DNA of 64,000 nucleotides from Bacilli bacterium (GTDB lineage Bacteria; Bacillota_I; Bacilli_A; ML615J-28; CAG-313): NCBI GenBank assembly GCA_017411715.1, contig JAFQPO010000005.1, positions 662 to 64,661 of the forward strand, read 5' to 3'. Shown piece by piece: positions 29,693 to 39,784 of this stretch (position 1 is its first letter; each line of letters starts with the position of its first letter). The notes under the pieces were generated by a model. It saw only the letters and a program-made list of their open reading frames with translations, ran no database searches and was not told where the DNA came from. The position numbers and the translations under genes were made by a program.

Positions 29693-32212
29693 ATGTTTAA
29701 AAAACTATTCGACCAAGGTTATAAAGAATTAAAAAAATGCGAAGTTATCGCAGACAAAGTATTAGAGAAAGAATCATTTTATCGTGGTTTATCAGACGAT
29801 GAATTAAAGGCAAAAACTCCTTATTTTAAAGAGCTACTTGCTAGTGGTAAAACACTTGATGATATTTTAGTTGATGCTTTCGCAGTTGCTCGTGAAGCAG
29901 CTTATCGTGTAACAGGCTTACTAGCATTCAAAGTGCAACTTATTGGCGCAACAGCTATGCATAATGGGAATATTGCGGAAATGAAAACTGGTGAAGGTAA
30001 AACTTTAACATCAGTTATGGTTGCCTATCTTAATGCTTTAAGTGGTAAAGGTGTTCACATTGTAACTGTCAATGAATATCTAGCAAGTCGTGATGCTCAT
30101 GATATGGGTGCTGTTCATGAATGGTTAGGTTTAACTGTGGGGTTAAACTTACGTGATATGAGTAGTGAAGAAAAGAAAACTCAATATGCATGTGACATTA
30201 CATATTCAACTAATAATGAATTAGGGTTTGACTACCTTCGTGACCATATGGTAATCAGAGGCGAAGAAATGGTTCAAAGACCACTTAACTTTGCTATTGT
30301 CGATGAAGTTGACTCAATCTTAATCGATGAAGCTAGAACACCACTTATTATTTCAGGTGGAGAAAAACGTGGACCAAACCTTTACATTCAAGCTAATACT
30401 TTTGTTAGAACCCTTCGTGAAGGTGAATATGAAATAGATGAAAAATCAAGACACATCACTTTAACTGAAAGTGGTATGGCAAGAGCAGAACATTTCTTTA
30501 ATGTTCCAAACTTATATGATGTTAAATATGTTACTTTAGTTCACCATATTAATAATGCTTTAAGAGCTAACTATATTATGAGTAAAGATGTTGACTATGT
30601 AGTTCAAGATAATAAAGTTATTATCGTTGACCAATTTACAGGTCGTCTAATGCATGGTCGTCAATATAGTGAAGGCTTACACCAAGCATTAGAAGCTAAA
30701 GAACATGTTGAAATCAAAAAAGAAACTAGAACTCTAGCAACTATTACATTCCAAAACTACTTTAGAATGTATAAAAAGCTTGCGGGGATGACTGGGACAG
30801 CTAAAACTGAAGAAGAAGAATTCCGTAACATTTATAATATGTTTGTTGTAGAAATTCCTACTAATGCGCCAATTCAAAGAATTGATGCCCAAGATATGAT
30901 TTTCCAAACTATGAAAGGTAAATTTGAAGCTATCGCTAAAGATATTGCTAATCGTCATGCTAAAGGTCAACCTGTCTTAGTTGGGACAATCTCAATTGAA
31001 ACAAGTGAACTATTATCAAGCTTACTTAAAAAACGTGGAATTCCTCATAATGTATTAAATGCTAAACAACATGAAAGAGAAGCAGAAATTGTTTTAAATG
31101 CAGGTCAAAAAGGTGCTGTGACAATCGCAACTAATATGGCTGGGCGTGGTACCGACATCAAACTTGGTGAAGGTGTTGTTGAACTTGGTGGTTTAGCAGT
31201 TATTGGTACAGAACGTCACGAATCACGTCGTATTGATAACCAATTACGTGGACGTAGTGGACGTCAAGGTGACCCTGGGTATAGTTGCTTCTACTTATCT
31301 GCTGAAGATGAATTATTAAGACGTTTTGGTAGTGATCGTTTTAAACAAATGGTTAAAATGGGAACTGGTAACCAAGTAGATGAAGAAGGTAATGAATTAC
31401 CACTTCAAATGAAAATGCTAACTAAATTCATTGAAGGCGCTCAAAGAAGAGTTGAAGGTGACAACTATGACCGTCGTAAATCAGTTGTTGAATATGATGA
31501 AGTATTAAGAAAACAACGTGAAATCATTTATAAACAACGTAGTGATATCTTATTCTTAGAAGATATGGAACCAGTTGTTAAAAACATGATGGCATCTACT
31601 ATTGAACGCTTAGTACCAACATTCTATACAACTGAACATCGTAAACATACTCTTGATTTAAATTTATTTACTAATCAATTCTTAAGATTGTACTTTAATG
31701 CTAATGAATTTGATGTAGATGATTTTGAAGAATTATCAGTTAATGAAACAAAAGATCTTTTATTAAATAAACTATATGCTAATTTAGAAGAAAAGAAAAC
31801 AATTGTTCCACTTGAAGTGTATCGTGAATTCTTGAAAGTAGTACTTTTAAGAGTTGTCGACCGTCACTGGATGGATCATATTGACCAAATGAGTGAATTA
31901 CGTCAAAGTATTGGTTTAAAATCATATGCTCAATTAAATCCACTTCGTGAATATCAAGAAATTGGTTTAGATATGTTTAATAAAATGATTTGTAATATTG
32001 AACAAGAAGTTACTCAACTAGTTAACCGTGCTCAAGTTCGTGATAATTTACAACGTGAAGAAGTTGCGAAACCTACTGGTACAAATGCTGCTAGTGATGA
32101 TACTATTAAACGCAAACCTAAAGTTAATAAAGATGCTAAGGTTGGCCGTAATGACCCATGTCCATGTGGTAGTGGATTAAAATACAAACATTGTTGTGGT
32201 AGAGATAAATAA
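29693..32212 (+). CDS. secA: Preprotein translocase ATPase SecA
   Basis: MKTGEGKT, VDEVDSILIDEARTPLIISG, GRSGRQGDPG, SEC-C CPCGSGLKYKHCCG. Confidence 0.98.
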   Translation: MFKKLFDQGYKELKKCEVIADKVLEKESFYRGLSDDELKAKTPYFKELLASGKTLDDILVDAFAVAREAAYRVTGLLAFKVQLIGATAMHNGNIAEMKTGEGKTLTSVMVAYLNALSGKGVHIVTVNEYLASRDAHDMGAVHEWLGLTVGLNLRDMSSEEKKTQYACDITYSTNNELGFDYLRDHMVIRGEEMVQRPLNFAIVDEVDSILIDEARTPLIISGGEKRGPNLYIQANTFVRTLREGEYEIDEKSRHITLTESGMARAEHFFNVPNLYDVKYVTLVHHINNALRANYIMSKDVDYVVQDNKVIIVDQFTGRLMHGRQYSEGLHQALEAKEHVEIKKETRTLATITFQNYFRMYKKLAGMTGTAKTEEEEFRNIYNMFVVEIPTNAPIQRIDAQDMIFQTMKGKFEAIAKDIANRHAKGQPVLVGTISIETSELLSSLLKKRGIPHNVLNAKQHEREAEIVLNAGQKGAVTIATNMAGRGTDIKLGEGVVELGGLAVIGTERHESRRIDNQLRGRSGRQGDPGYSCFYLSAEDELLRRFGSDRFKQMVKMGTGNQVDEEGNELPLQMKMLTKFIEGAQRRVEGDNYDRRKSVVEYDEVLRKQREIIYKQRSDILFLEDMEPVVKNMMASTIERLVPTFYTTEHRKHTLDLNLFTNQFLRLYFNANEFDVDDFEELSVNETKDLLLNKLYANLEEKKTIVPLEVYREFLKVVLLRVVDRHWMDHIDQMSELRQSIGLKSYAQLNPLREYQEIGLDMFNKMICNIEQEVTQLVNRAQVRDNLQREEVAKPTGTNAASDDTIKRKPKVNKDAKVGRNDPCPCGSGLKYKHCCGRDK

Positions 32213-32235
32213 AAAACAAAGAAAGGATTAATTTT

Positions 32236-33339
32236 ATGGAAAAGTTTGAAATCGTAAAAGCTTATGAAGATTTTAAAAAACGTATTTCTGATTTAGAAAA
32301 AGTAATTAATCCTACTAATTTACAATCTATCATTCAAAAAAATGAAGAAAAAATGTTAGAAGCTGATTTTTGGAATGATAATCAAAAAGCTTCAAAAGTT
32401 ATTAATGAATGCAATAATGCTAAGGATTTGTTAGCAAGTTTAAAAGATGTTCAAAATAAACTTGCTGACTTACATAGCATATTAGAATTAGATGATGAAG
32501 ATTTGTATTCTTTAGCAGAAGAATCAGTAAATGATTTAGCTAAAGTATTAGATGAATTAGAAATTAATAATCTTTTAAATGGTGAATATGACAATACAAA
32601 TGCAATAGTTGAACTACATCCTGGAGCTGGTGGCACTGAATCACAAGACTGGGCCTTAATGCTTTATCGAATGTATAAAAGGTTTGCTGAAAGAAAGAAT
32701 TTCGAATTTGATTTACTAGATTATCAAGATGGACTTGAAGCTGGTATTAAAAGTGTAACTTTCTTAATTAAAGGTAAAAATGCTTATGGTATTTTAAAAG
32801 GTGAACGTGGAGTTCACCGCTTAGTAAGAATTTCACCATTTGATTCAAATGCTAGACGTCATACTAGTTTTGTTGGATGTAATGTTACTCCGGAAATTAT
32901 TGAAACAAATGAAATTAAAATTAATGATGAAGATTTAAGAATTGATACATATCGTGCTAGTGGTGCTGGGGGACAGCATGTTAATAGAACTGACTCAGCA
33001 GTTAGAATTACTCACTTACCTACGGGAATAGTTGTATCATGTCAAAGTCAACGTAGCCAAATTCAAAATAAAGAAAGAGCGATGATGGTTCTTAAATCTA
33101 AATTATTCCAATTAGAAGAAGCAAAAAAACAAGAGAAAATTCAAAATATTAGTGGTGGTGTTGATGATAATAGTTTCGGTTCGCAAATTAGAAGCTATGT
33201 TTTACATCCATATGCGATGGTTAAAGATCACCGCACGCAAGAAGAATCATCAAACCCTAATAATGTACTTGATGGCGATATTGAAAAATTTATTAATAGT
33301 TATTTAAAGTATAATGCTATGAAAGGACAGGTAGAATAA
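32236..33339 (+). CDS. prfB: Peptide chain release factor 2 (no programmed frameshift)
   Basis: SPF and GGQ motifs; single uninterrupted ORF. Confidence 0.97.
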   Translation: MEKFEIVKAYEDFKKRISDLEKVINPTNLQSIIQKNEEKMLEADFWNDNQKASKVINECNNAKDLLASLKDVQNKLADLHSILELDDEDLYSLAEESVNDLAKVLDELEINNLLNGEYDNTNAIVELHPGAGGTESQDWALMLYRMYKRFAERKNFEFDLLDYQDGLEAGIKSVTFLIKGKNAYGILKGERGVHRLVRISPFDSNARRHTSFVGCNVTPEIIETNEIKINDEDLRIDTYRASGAGGQHVNRTDSAVRITHLPTGIVVSCQSQRSQIQNKERAMMVLKSKLFQLEEAKKQEKIQNISGGVDDNSFGSQIRSYVLHPYAMVKDHRTQEESSNPNNVLDGDIEKFINSYLKYNAMKGQVE

Positions 33340-33340
33340 A

Positions 33341-34318
33341 ATGGTAGATAAATTCAAAGAATATTTTTTCACTAAAAAGTTTTTAAAAGAATTTTTCTAT
33401 ATAAATGTTGGCGTAATTTTACTTGCGGTATCAGTTATTTTTGTATATGATATCAATAATGTCTCAAGTGGTGGCGCAAGCACTTTAGGGATTATTCTTC
33501 AAAGAATGATTGGCTATGGGCCAACATCTTTATACATTTTCTTGTTGAATTTAGTGTTACTTGCGATAGGCGGAGTTTTTTTAGGAAAAGAATTTTTCTT
33601 TAAAACTGTTTATGGTAGTTTAATTTTCCCTGTCTATGGTTGGTTATTTGAAATATTAATTGACGCAACATCAATTGCTGATGACTTAGCAACATTATAT
33701 GAAACTAATGAATTATTAATCATTGTAGTAGCGGCAGCTATTATGGGACTTGGTATTGGAATAGTATTAAAACATGGCGGATCAACAGGTGGAGTTGATA
33801 ATCTACAAGCAATCTTTTTGAAATATTTTAATTTACCTCATTCAGTTTCTTTAATAATGATTGATGGGGTAATAGTTGTTGCTGGATCATTTTTCTTACA
33901 AGATACATTTGTTGAACAACTACAAATGATTATGTATGGGGTAGTTACAGTAGTAATCTCTGGATATGTAATTGATAATATTGTTTTTAATGGATTCAAT
34001 GTTCGTTCTGCCTATATTATCACTAATAAAGCTGAAGAAGTTAAACAAGAAATATATCGTAGTTTAGGTCGTGGAGTAACTGAAGTTTATACTAAAGGCG
34101 GTTACTCTAGTGAAGAAAGAATGATGTTATTTTGTGTTTTGAAAACATTTGAATTTAATAAACTTCGTGCTGCTGTCCAAAGAATCGATAGTGCTGCTTT
34201 CATTGTAGTAACTCGTGCAGCTGAAGTACATGGCGAAGGTTTTTCTTTTGATTTAATGTCAACTTCAAATGTTCGAAAAGAAAGAAAAACAAAACAAGAT
34301 GATGAAAAAGATGTTTAA
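33341..34318 (+). CDS. YitT-family membrane protein
   Basis: SSGGASTLG, GGSTGGVD, LGRGVT....GGYS, IDSAAFIVV...EVHGEGF. Confidence 0.9.
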   Translation: MVDKFKEYFFTKKFLKEFFYINVGVILLAVSVIFVYDINNVSSGGASTLGIILQRMIGYGPTSLYIFLLNLVLLAIGGVFLGKEFFFKTVYGSLIFPVYGWLFEILIDATSIADDLATLYETNELLIIVVAAAIMGLGIGIVLKHGGSTGGVDNLQAIFLKYFNLPHSVSLIMIDGVIVVAGSFFLQDTFVEQLQMIMYGVVTVVISGYVIDNIVFNGFNVRSAYIITNKAEEVKQEIYRSLGRGVTEVYTKGGYSSEERMMLFCVLKTFEFNKLRAAVQRIDSAAFIVVTRAAEVHGEGFSFDLMSTSNVRKERKTKQDDEKDV

Positions 34319-35087
34319 AATATTAAAGGTCACTAAAAAGGGCCAAAAATATATAGTTGATTATCATGCTTGTGATGAAGATGGTAAATTACAAGATTCA
34401 GAAGAAACACAAAATATTACTTGTATTGAAGATCAAATAATTGAATATCGTATTTTTAAAGATAAGATTTATCAGGAAAATGAGTTTGAACAAATCATTA
34501 AGTTTGGTTCTTTAAGTAAATGGTTAAGCAAATCAATGCATTTTATTAGTTATAAAATGCGAACTGAAAAAGAACTTAGAACGTATATGAAAGATAGTGA
34601 ATTAACAGAAGAACAAGTTAATTCAATCATCCAAAAGCTTTATGAATATCACTTTTTAGATGATGATAAATATGCATCTTACTTTATTTCAAACGCAGTA
34701 AGTCAAGGTAAAGGAACAAAATATATTAGATACACTCTTTTAGAAAAAGGAATTACTAATGACTTAATTGATAAATATTTAGCAAATAGTGATGAAGAAT
34801 ATCAATACACAATTATCTTTGAGAAGATGCAAAAGGAAGTATCTAAATTAACTAAATATCCTTTAAAAAAACAAGTTCAAAAGATTAGAGAAAAATTACA
34901 AAGACTTGGCTTTTCATCATCAATCATTAAAAAAGTCATAGCTAATCTTAACTTTGAAGAAGATATTACTGAATCAATTAAAAAAGATTATTTAAAAATT
35001 ACATCAAAAACAAGTGATAAAAATAAAATTATTCAAAATTTATTATCTAAAGGATATGAATATCAAGATATTAAAAAACTAATTTAA
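34302..35087 (+). CDS. recX: RecX regulatory protein (start uncertain: 34299, 34302 or 34311)
   Basis: SYKMRTEKELR, YHFLDDDKYA, G.KYIRYTLLEKGI, LQRLGFS, LLSKGYEY. Confidence 0.85.
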   Translation: MKKMFKILKVTKKGQKYIVDYHACDEDGKLQDSEETQNITCIEDQIIEYRIFKDKIYQENEFEQIIKFGSLSKWLSKSMHFISYKMRTEKELRTYMKDSELTEEQVNSIIQKLYEYHFLDDDKYASYFISNAVSQGKGTKYIRYTLLEKGITNDLIDKYLANSDEEYQYTIIFEKMQKEVSKLTKYPLKKQVQKIREKLQRLGFSSSIIKKVIANLNFEEDITESIKKDYLKITSKTSDKNKIIQNLLSKGYEYQDIKKLI

Positions 35088-35128
35088 TACTTTTTAAAAT
35101 TTGACATATTATATAATAGGGGTGTCAA

Positions 35129-35266
35129 ATGAGTAAGAATAAATTAGTTAAAGAAAATATTCGAAACCAAACAAGAGGTTTCACAAAAGAAAAAGAATTA
35201 GAAGAAAATTTAAAACTTGAAATTTCTAAAGAAATCGCAAGCTTTAACAATCAAAAAAATAAATAA
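35129..35266 (+). CDS. Small 45-aa protein absent from ORF track (MSKNKLVKENIRNQTRGFTKEKELEENLKLEISKEIASFNNQKNK)
   Basis: SD AGGGGTG about 4 nt before ATG 35129; typical codon usage; fills recX-riboswitch gap. Confidence 0.6.
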   Translation: MSKNKLVKENIRNQTRGFTKEKELEENLKLEISKEIASFNNQKNK

Positions 35267-35371
35267 CTTCAGGGCAGGGTGAAATTCCCGACCGGTGGTA
35301 TAGTCCACGAGCGTAATGCATGATTTGGTGAAATTCCAAAACCGATAGTATAGTCTAGATGAAAGAAGAGT
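35264..35371 (+). ncRNA. FMN riboswitch (RFN element)
   Basis: CTTCAGGGCAGGGTGAAATTCCCGACCGGTGGTATAGTCCACGA...GATTTGGTGAAATTCCAAAACCGATAGTATAGTCTAGATGAAAGAAG. Confidence 0.96.
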
Positions 35372-35379
35372 CTTTTTTT

Positions 35380-35403
35380 GCCACCTGAAGAGGTGGCTTT
35401 TAT
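35380..35403 (+). terminator. FMN riboswitch attenuator terminator
   Basis: GCCACCT-GAAG-AGGTGGC-TTTT before ribU. Confidence 0.88.
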
Positions 35404-35417
35404 TATGAGGTATTATT

Positions 35418-36041
35418 ATGAAAAAACATTTACTAATTAGAAGAATTGCTATTATATCTATTTTAGCCGCAATCAGTACAGTCTTTTACTTACCTTTTAC
35501 AAGGGTTTCATTGCCTTTTATTTTTCCTGGTTTTTTAGAATTACAACTTTCTAATTTACCAGCTTTAATTGGGGGACTAGCTTTAGGACCGCTTTCGGGG
35601 TGTATAATTGTTCTTTTAAAAACAATACTTAAAATTTGTATTAGCGCATCCCAAACCGCATATGTTGGTGATATCGCAGACGTATTTATTGGTTTAGCTT
35701 GTGTTTTTACTGCTAGTATGATATATAAAAAAATCCACACCAGAAAAGGTGCGGATCTTGCGTTATTCTTTGGGGCTTGCGCCTGGATTGTAATGGCTCT
35801 AATAGCTAATTACTTATTCTTAGTAGATTTCTACATTTCATTTTATATGCATGGTGTAATTGAATCATTTGTTGGCGCATGTAAAGTTATCCCTGGGATT
35901 ACAATTGATAACTATAAGATAATGTATTTATTTTATGGATGTTTACCATTTAATTTAATATTGTCAACAATTGTATGTTTACTAACATCACTTTTATATA
36001 AACGAATTTCAAAATTAGTTAAACATTTTATTGAAGCTTAG
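35418..36041 (+). CDS. ribU: ECF transporter S component, riboflavin (RibU)
   Basis: FLELQLSNLPALIGGLALGP...VGDIAD; downstream of FMN riboswitch. Confidence 0.88.
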   Translation: MKKHLLIRRIAIISILAAISTVFYLPFTRVSLPFIFPGFLELQLSNLPALIGGLALGPLSGCIIVLLKTILKICISASQTAYVGDIADVFIGLACVFTASMIYKKIHTRKGADLALFFGACAWIVMALIANYLFLVDFYISFYMHGVIESFVGACKVIPGITIDNYKIMYLFYGCLPFNLILSTIVCLLTSLLYKRISKLVKHFIEA

Positions 36042-36849
36042 TACTATTTTCAAAATAACTTTTTAAGAATTTTAAAACTCCTTGCTCATTGTGACTATCT
36101 GTTACGTATTTAGCGTGCGGTAATAAGTCAGGGTGAGCATTTTTCATCGCACAACTGTGTTTAACGATTTGAAACATTTCAATATCATTGTGTCCATCAC
36201 CAAGCGCAATTGTGTTATTAGGATCAATATTATAATATTTAATGGCTTCATTTATTCCATAGCCTTTATCAACAAATCGATTGTAGACTTCAACAATATG
36301 GCAGTTATCAACTGCCCAATATCTTGAACGAAGGGTTTGTGAATAATTGTTTTCAACATATTTTTGGATTTCTTCAACACTTTCACTTTTAACAAACATT
36401 AAACATCCATTAGGATTATCAGGTAATGTTTGTTGTAATGGTCCATCAACAATTATTCCCCCATCGACGTGTAAGAAATTGTGGATTTCGTCATTATATT
36501 CATGAACATAAATAGTATCATGGATTTCACCGAAAACATTGATTAAATTATCACCAGCGAAATTAAGAATATCAAAGATTTCTTTTCGATTAACTCTTAA
36601 GTCGCGTTTAGGATAAGAAGCGTCCTTGGGATTTTGAATAAGTGCACCATTATAGTTAATAATAGGTGATGATAAGTTTAGTGCTTTATAAGCAAAGTAA
36701 CTAGATCTTAGAGGTCTACCTGTTGCGATAATGATGATATGACCTTGATCATTTAATTTTCTTAAGTAATCGAAAGTCTCTTCATCGTATTTCATAAAGT
36801 CAAGCATCAGTGTGCCATCTAAATCTATTGCGATTAAATGTTTTTCCAT
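36028..36849 (-). CDS. Cof-type HAD-IIB hydrolase
   Basis: DLDGTL, ATGR, YNGA, DKG, LGDGHNDIEM. Confidence 0.93.
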   Translation of the reverse strand: MEKHLIAIDLDGTLMLDFMKYDEETFDYLRKLNDQGHIIIIATGRPLRSSYFAYKALNLSSPIINYNGALIQNPKDASYPKRDLRVNRKEIFDILNFAGDNLINVFGEIHDTIYVHEYNDEIHNFLHVDGGIIVDGPLQQTLPDNPNGCLMFVKSESVEEIQKYVENNYSQTLRSRYWAVDNCHIVEVYNRFVDKGYGINEAIKYYNIDPNNTIALGDGHNDIEMFQIVKHSCAMKNAHPDLLPHAKYVTDSHNEQGVLKFLKSYFENSTKLQ

Positions 36850-37018
36850 ATTTTTTTCCTCACTATGTTAGTATATCACAAAAGAAGTCTTTTTGAGAAA
36901 AATGTGATAATTTAATAAAAAAAGATAATTATAATTGTAAAAATTGATTTGTTATGTTAAAATAAGAAGATGGAAATATTTTTCAAAAATTTAAGTTTAA
37001 GGATATAAGGTAGTAGTT

Positions 37019-37852
37019 ATGCAAGGTAAAACTGTATTAATGGCATTTAGTTTAGACCAATTAATTACTGATTTTTTTACTAGTCTTCGTGATAGCTTTA
37101 GTTGGACAACTATTGTTATTTTAATTGCGGGGATAACAATTGGAATAGTATTATCAGTAAGTGTTTATGGTGTTTTAACAATTGCTTCTTTAAAACTAGA
37201 TAAGAAATATAAAAACATGATTTATGAAACATCTTCAATTGATGATGAAAAACTAAGAGGATTAATTTCTGATATTAAAAAAGAATTTAAAGACTCAACT
37301 GCAGGCTTTACATCAAGTGAAAAGATTAAAGTTTTAGGCAATACATTATTTGATACAATTAATGTAATTGCGGGGGAATACTACCCTGAATCAAAATATC
37401 CTTTATATGAACTTACAATTGATGAATTATTACAATTTATGCATTATTTATCAGATAGAATAAATATGATTTTTGATAAACGTTTATTAAGACCGTTTAA
37501 ACAAATGAGTATTAGTCAATTATTCCGTTTCTTAGATACTAAGAAAAAGATAGATAACAATAAAGTTTTAAAAACTGCGAAAAACATGCATCTTGGTAGA
37601 GCTTCAAGATTTTTCTTAACCGCGTTAAATTACGCTAACCCCGTTTATTGGTTTAAACATTTAATTATGGGGGGGACTGTTGCTACGGCGACTAATAAAA
37701 TTGCTTTAATTATTATTGATATCGTTGCCGATGAAACAAGTAAAACTTATAGTAAACGTATTTTTAACCAAGAAATTCGTATTAACAAAGAAAAGATTGA
37801 ACAAGCTCTAGAAGAATTAGATACAGAAAATGAGGAGGGATTACATGAATAA
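37019..37852 (+). CDS. Hypothetical membrane protein coupled to ftsK
   Basis: One N-proximal TM (WTTIVILIAGITIGIVLSVSVYGVLTI), helical body; stop overlaps ftsK start. Confidence 0.75.
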   Translation: MQGKTVLMAFSLDQLITDFFTSLRDSFSWTTIVILIAGITIGIVLSVSVYGVLTIASLKLDKKYKNMIYETSSIDDEKLRGLISDIKKEFKDSTAGFTSSEKIKVLGNTLFDTINVIAGEYYPESKYPLYELTIDELLQFMHYLSDRINMIFDKRLLRPFKQMSISQLFRFLDTKKKIDNNKVLKTAKNMHLGRASRFFLTALNYANPVYWFKHLIMGGTVATATNKIALIIIDIVADETSKTYSKRIFNQEIRINKEKIEQALEELDTENEEGLHE

Positions 37853-39782
37853 AGAACGTAAAGAATTTTATATTCCTTCGTTGAATGACGAAACAACAAA
37901 AGAAGTTGTAGAGAAAAAAGAACCCATTCAAGAGTCACAACCTAAAGATAAAAATAATGATTTCTTCTCACCATTTTTAGGCCGTACTCCTAATCGTTTA
38001 GCTGATGCTTCACTTAATAGTACATCAGGTACTAAAAGATATGAAGATTATCGATATCAAAATAATCGTGACTATGGTATTTCAAAAGAGAAATATTATA
38101 ATGATGATCGCGTAATGACAACTCAAGAATATTTAGATATTCTTGATGATAAAGAACCAACTAGAGTAAATACTCCAGTTCACAAAACTACTTGGGAAAA
38201 CTTAAATGTGGAAGAAGAATTAGATGCACCAAAGTTTAATGTGCCAGAAGCTGATTTTGAAGAAGAATATCCTCTTCCTGAAGAAAATGAACCGATTTAT
38301 GAAGAAGAAATCGTCGAAGAAAAACCAGCTCCAGTAGCACCTAAACCAGTTCGTCGTAAGACTACAAGATATAGTGCTCCACCGCTAAGTTTACTTTCAA
38401 CAGAACCATTTAAAAATACACAAAAAAATACTTGGGCTGATTCTCAAAGTGAAATTATCAATCAAACATTTAAAGAATTTGGTTATGGTGGAACTGTTGC
38501 GGGATACATCTGTGGACCATCTGTTACTCAGTTTTTAGTCTCTGTAAGTGCGGGGACTAATGTTAGTAAAATTAGAAGTTTTGAAAAAGACTTATTATTA
38601 AAACTATCTGCTCGTTCAATTAGAATTCAAGACCCAATTCCTGGTAAAAGCTATGCGGGGATTGAAATACCAAATGAAAAACGTTTAAATGTTCCGCTTG
38701 GTAATTTAATTAATAATCCTAAATTCTTACAAGATGATAGAAAATTGTTAGTCGCATTAGGTCTTGATATTACTGGTGAAGAAGTTTATGCGGACTTAGC
38801 TAAGATGCCTCACGGATTAATTGCTGGTACTACAGGTAGTGGTAAGAGTGTATGTATTAATTCAATGATTATTAGTTTAATTTATCGTAACTCACCAGAA
38901 GAATTAAAAATGATTTTAGTTGACCCAAAAATGGTTGAACTATCTAGTTATGATGAAATTCCACATCTTGCGATGCCAGTTATTACTGATCCAAGAAAAG
39001 CTTCAGCTGCACTTAATTGGGCGGTTGTTGAAATGGATAAACGTTTTGAAGTCTTCAGAATTTCTCATGCGAGAAATATTCAATCATACAACGAAATGCA
39101 AGTTGAATATGGTGGCAAAATTATGCCATATATTGTAATTATTATCGATGAACTTGCTGACTTAATGAGTGTTGCTTCAGCAGAAGTTGAAACTGCTATC
39201 CAACGTATTACTCAAAAAGCTCGTGCTGCAGGGATTCATTTACTAGTTGCAACTCAAAGACCATCAACTGATGTTATTAGAGGAACGATTAAAAATAATA
39301 TTCCTGTTCGTGCCGCATTTAAAGTTGCATCTTACACTGACTCTAATACAATCATTGACCATTCTGGTGCTGAAAAGTTACTAGGACTTGGTGATATGTT
39401 GTTTGCGGATGACTCTGGTGAAAAACGTCTTCAAGGAACTTTTGTTAAAGACTCAGAAATTGTTAAAATCACTAACTTCTTAAGAGACCGATATAGTGTT
39501 AGTTACTTAATAGAAGAAGGCGAACTTGAAGAAAAAACAATCGCTCTTGCATCAAATGATGATCAAGATGAAATTTTTGAACAAGTCGCAAGATATGTTG
39601 TTGAATTTGATACAGGTTCTAATAACCGTATTATGCAAGAGTTTAATATTAGTTTTAACCGTGCTAATCGTTTGTTTATGAAAATGGAAGCCTTAGGAAT
39701 TGTTTCAAAAACAGTTAAAGGTAAACAACGTGAAGTATTAGTTAATCCTAGTGAATTAGAAGAAATTCTTAAGGAGTTGTAA
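37845..39782 (+). CDS. ftsK: FtsK/SpoIIIE-family DNA translocase, SftA-like (no TM domain)
   Basis: HGLIAGTTGSGKS, IDELADLM, QRPS, GAEKLLGLGDMLF, gamma domain; acidic non-hydrophobic N-terminus. Confidence 0.93.
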   Translation: MNKERKEFYIPSLNDETTKEVVEKKEPIQESQPKDKNNDFFSPFLGRTPNRLADASLNSTSGTKRYEDYRYQNNRDYGISKEKYYNDDRVMTTQEYLDILDDKEPTRVNTPVHKTTWENLNVEEELDAPKFNVPEADFEEEYPLPEENEPIYEEEIVEEKPAPVAPKPVRRKTTRYSAPPLSLLSTEPFKNTQKNTWADSQSEIINQTFKEFGYGGTVAGYICGPSVTQFLVSVSAGTNVSKIRSFEKDLLLKLSARSIRIQDPIPGKSYAGIEIPNEKRLNVPLGNLINNPKFLQDDRKLLVALGLDITGEEVYADLAKMPHGLIAGTTGSGKSVCINSMIISLIYRNSPEELKMILVDPKMVELSSYDEIPHLAMPVITDPRKASAALNWAVVEMDKRFEVFRISHARNIQSYNEMQVEYGGKIMPYIVIIIDELADLMSVASAEVETAIQRITQKARAAGIHLLVATQRPSTDVIRGTIKNNIPVRAAFKVASYTDSNTIIDHSGAEKLLGLGDMLFADDSGEKRLQGTFVKDSEIVKITNFLRDRYSVSYLIEEGELEEKTIALASNDDQDEIFEQVARYVVEFDTGSNNRIMQEFNISFNRANRLFMKMEALGIVSKTVKGKQREVLVNPSELEEILKEL

Positions 39783-39784
39783 TT

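Noticed and set aside
36874-36909. TATCACA...TGTGATA inverted repeat in the cof/hypothetical divergent region
   Set aside because: Only 7-bp arms with a 22-nt spacer in AT-rich DNA; likely chance
38546-38554. TGCGG as core of a Pasteurellaceae-type uptake sequence (AAGTGCGGT)
   Set aside because: Flanks are not conserved across occurrences and the motif is not paired in terminators
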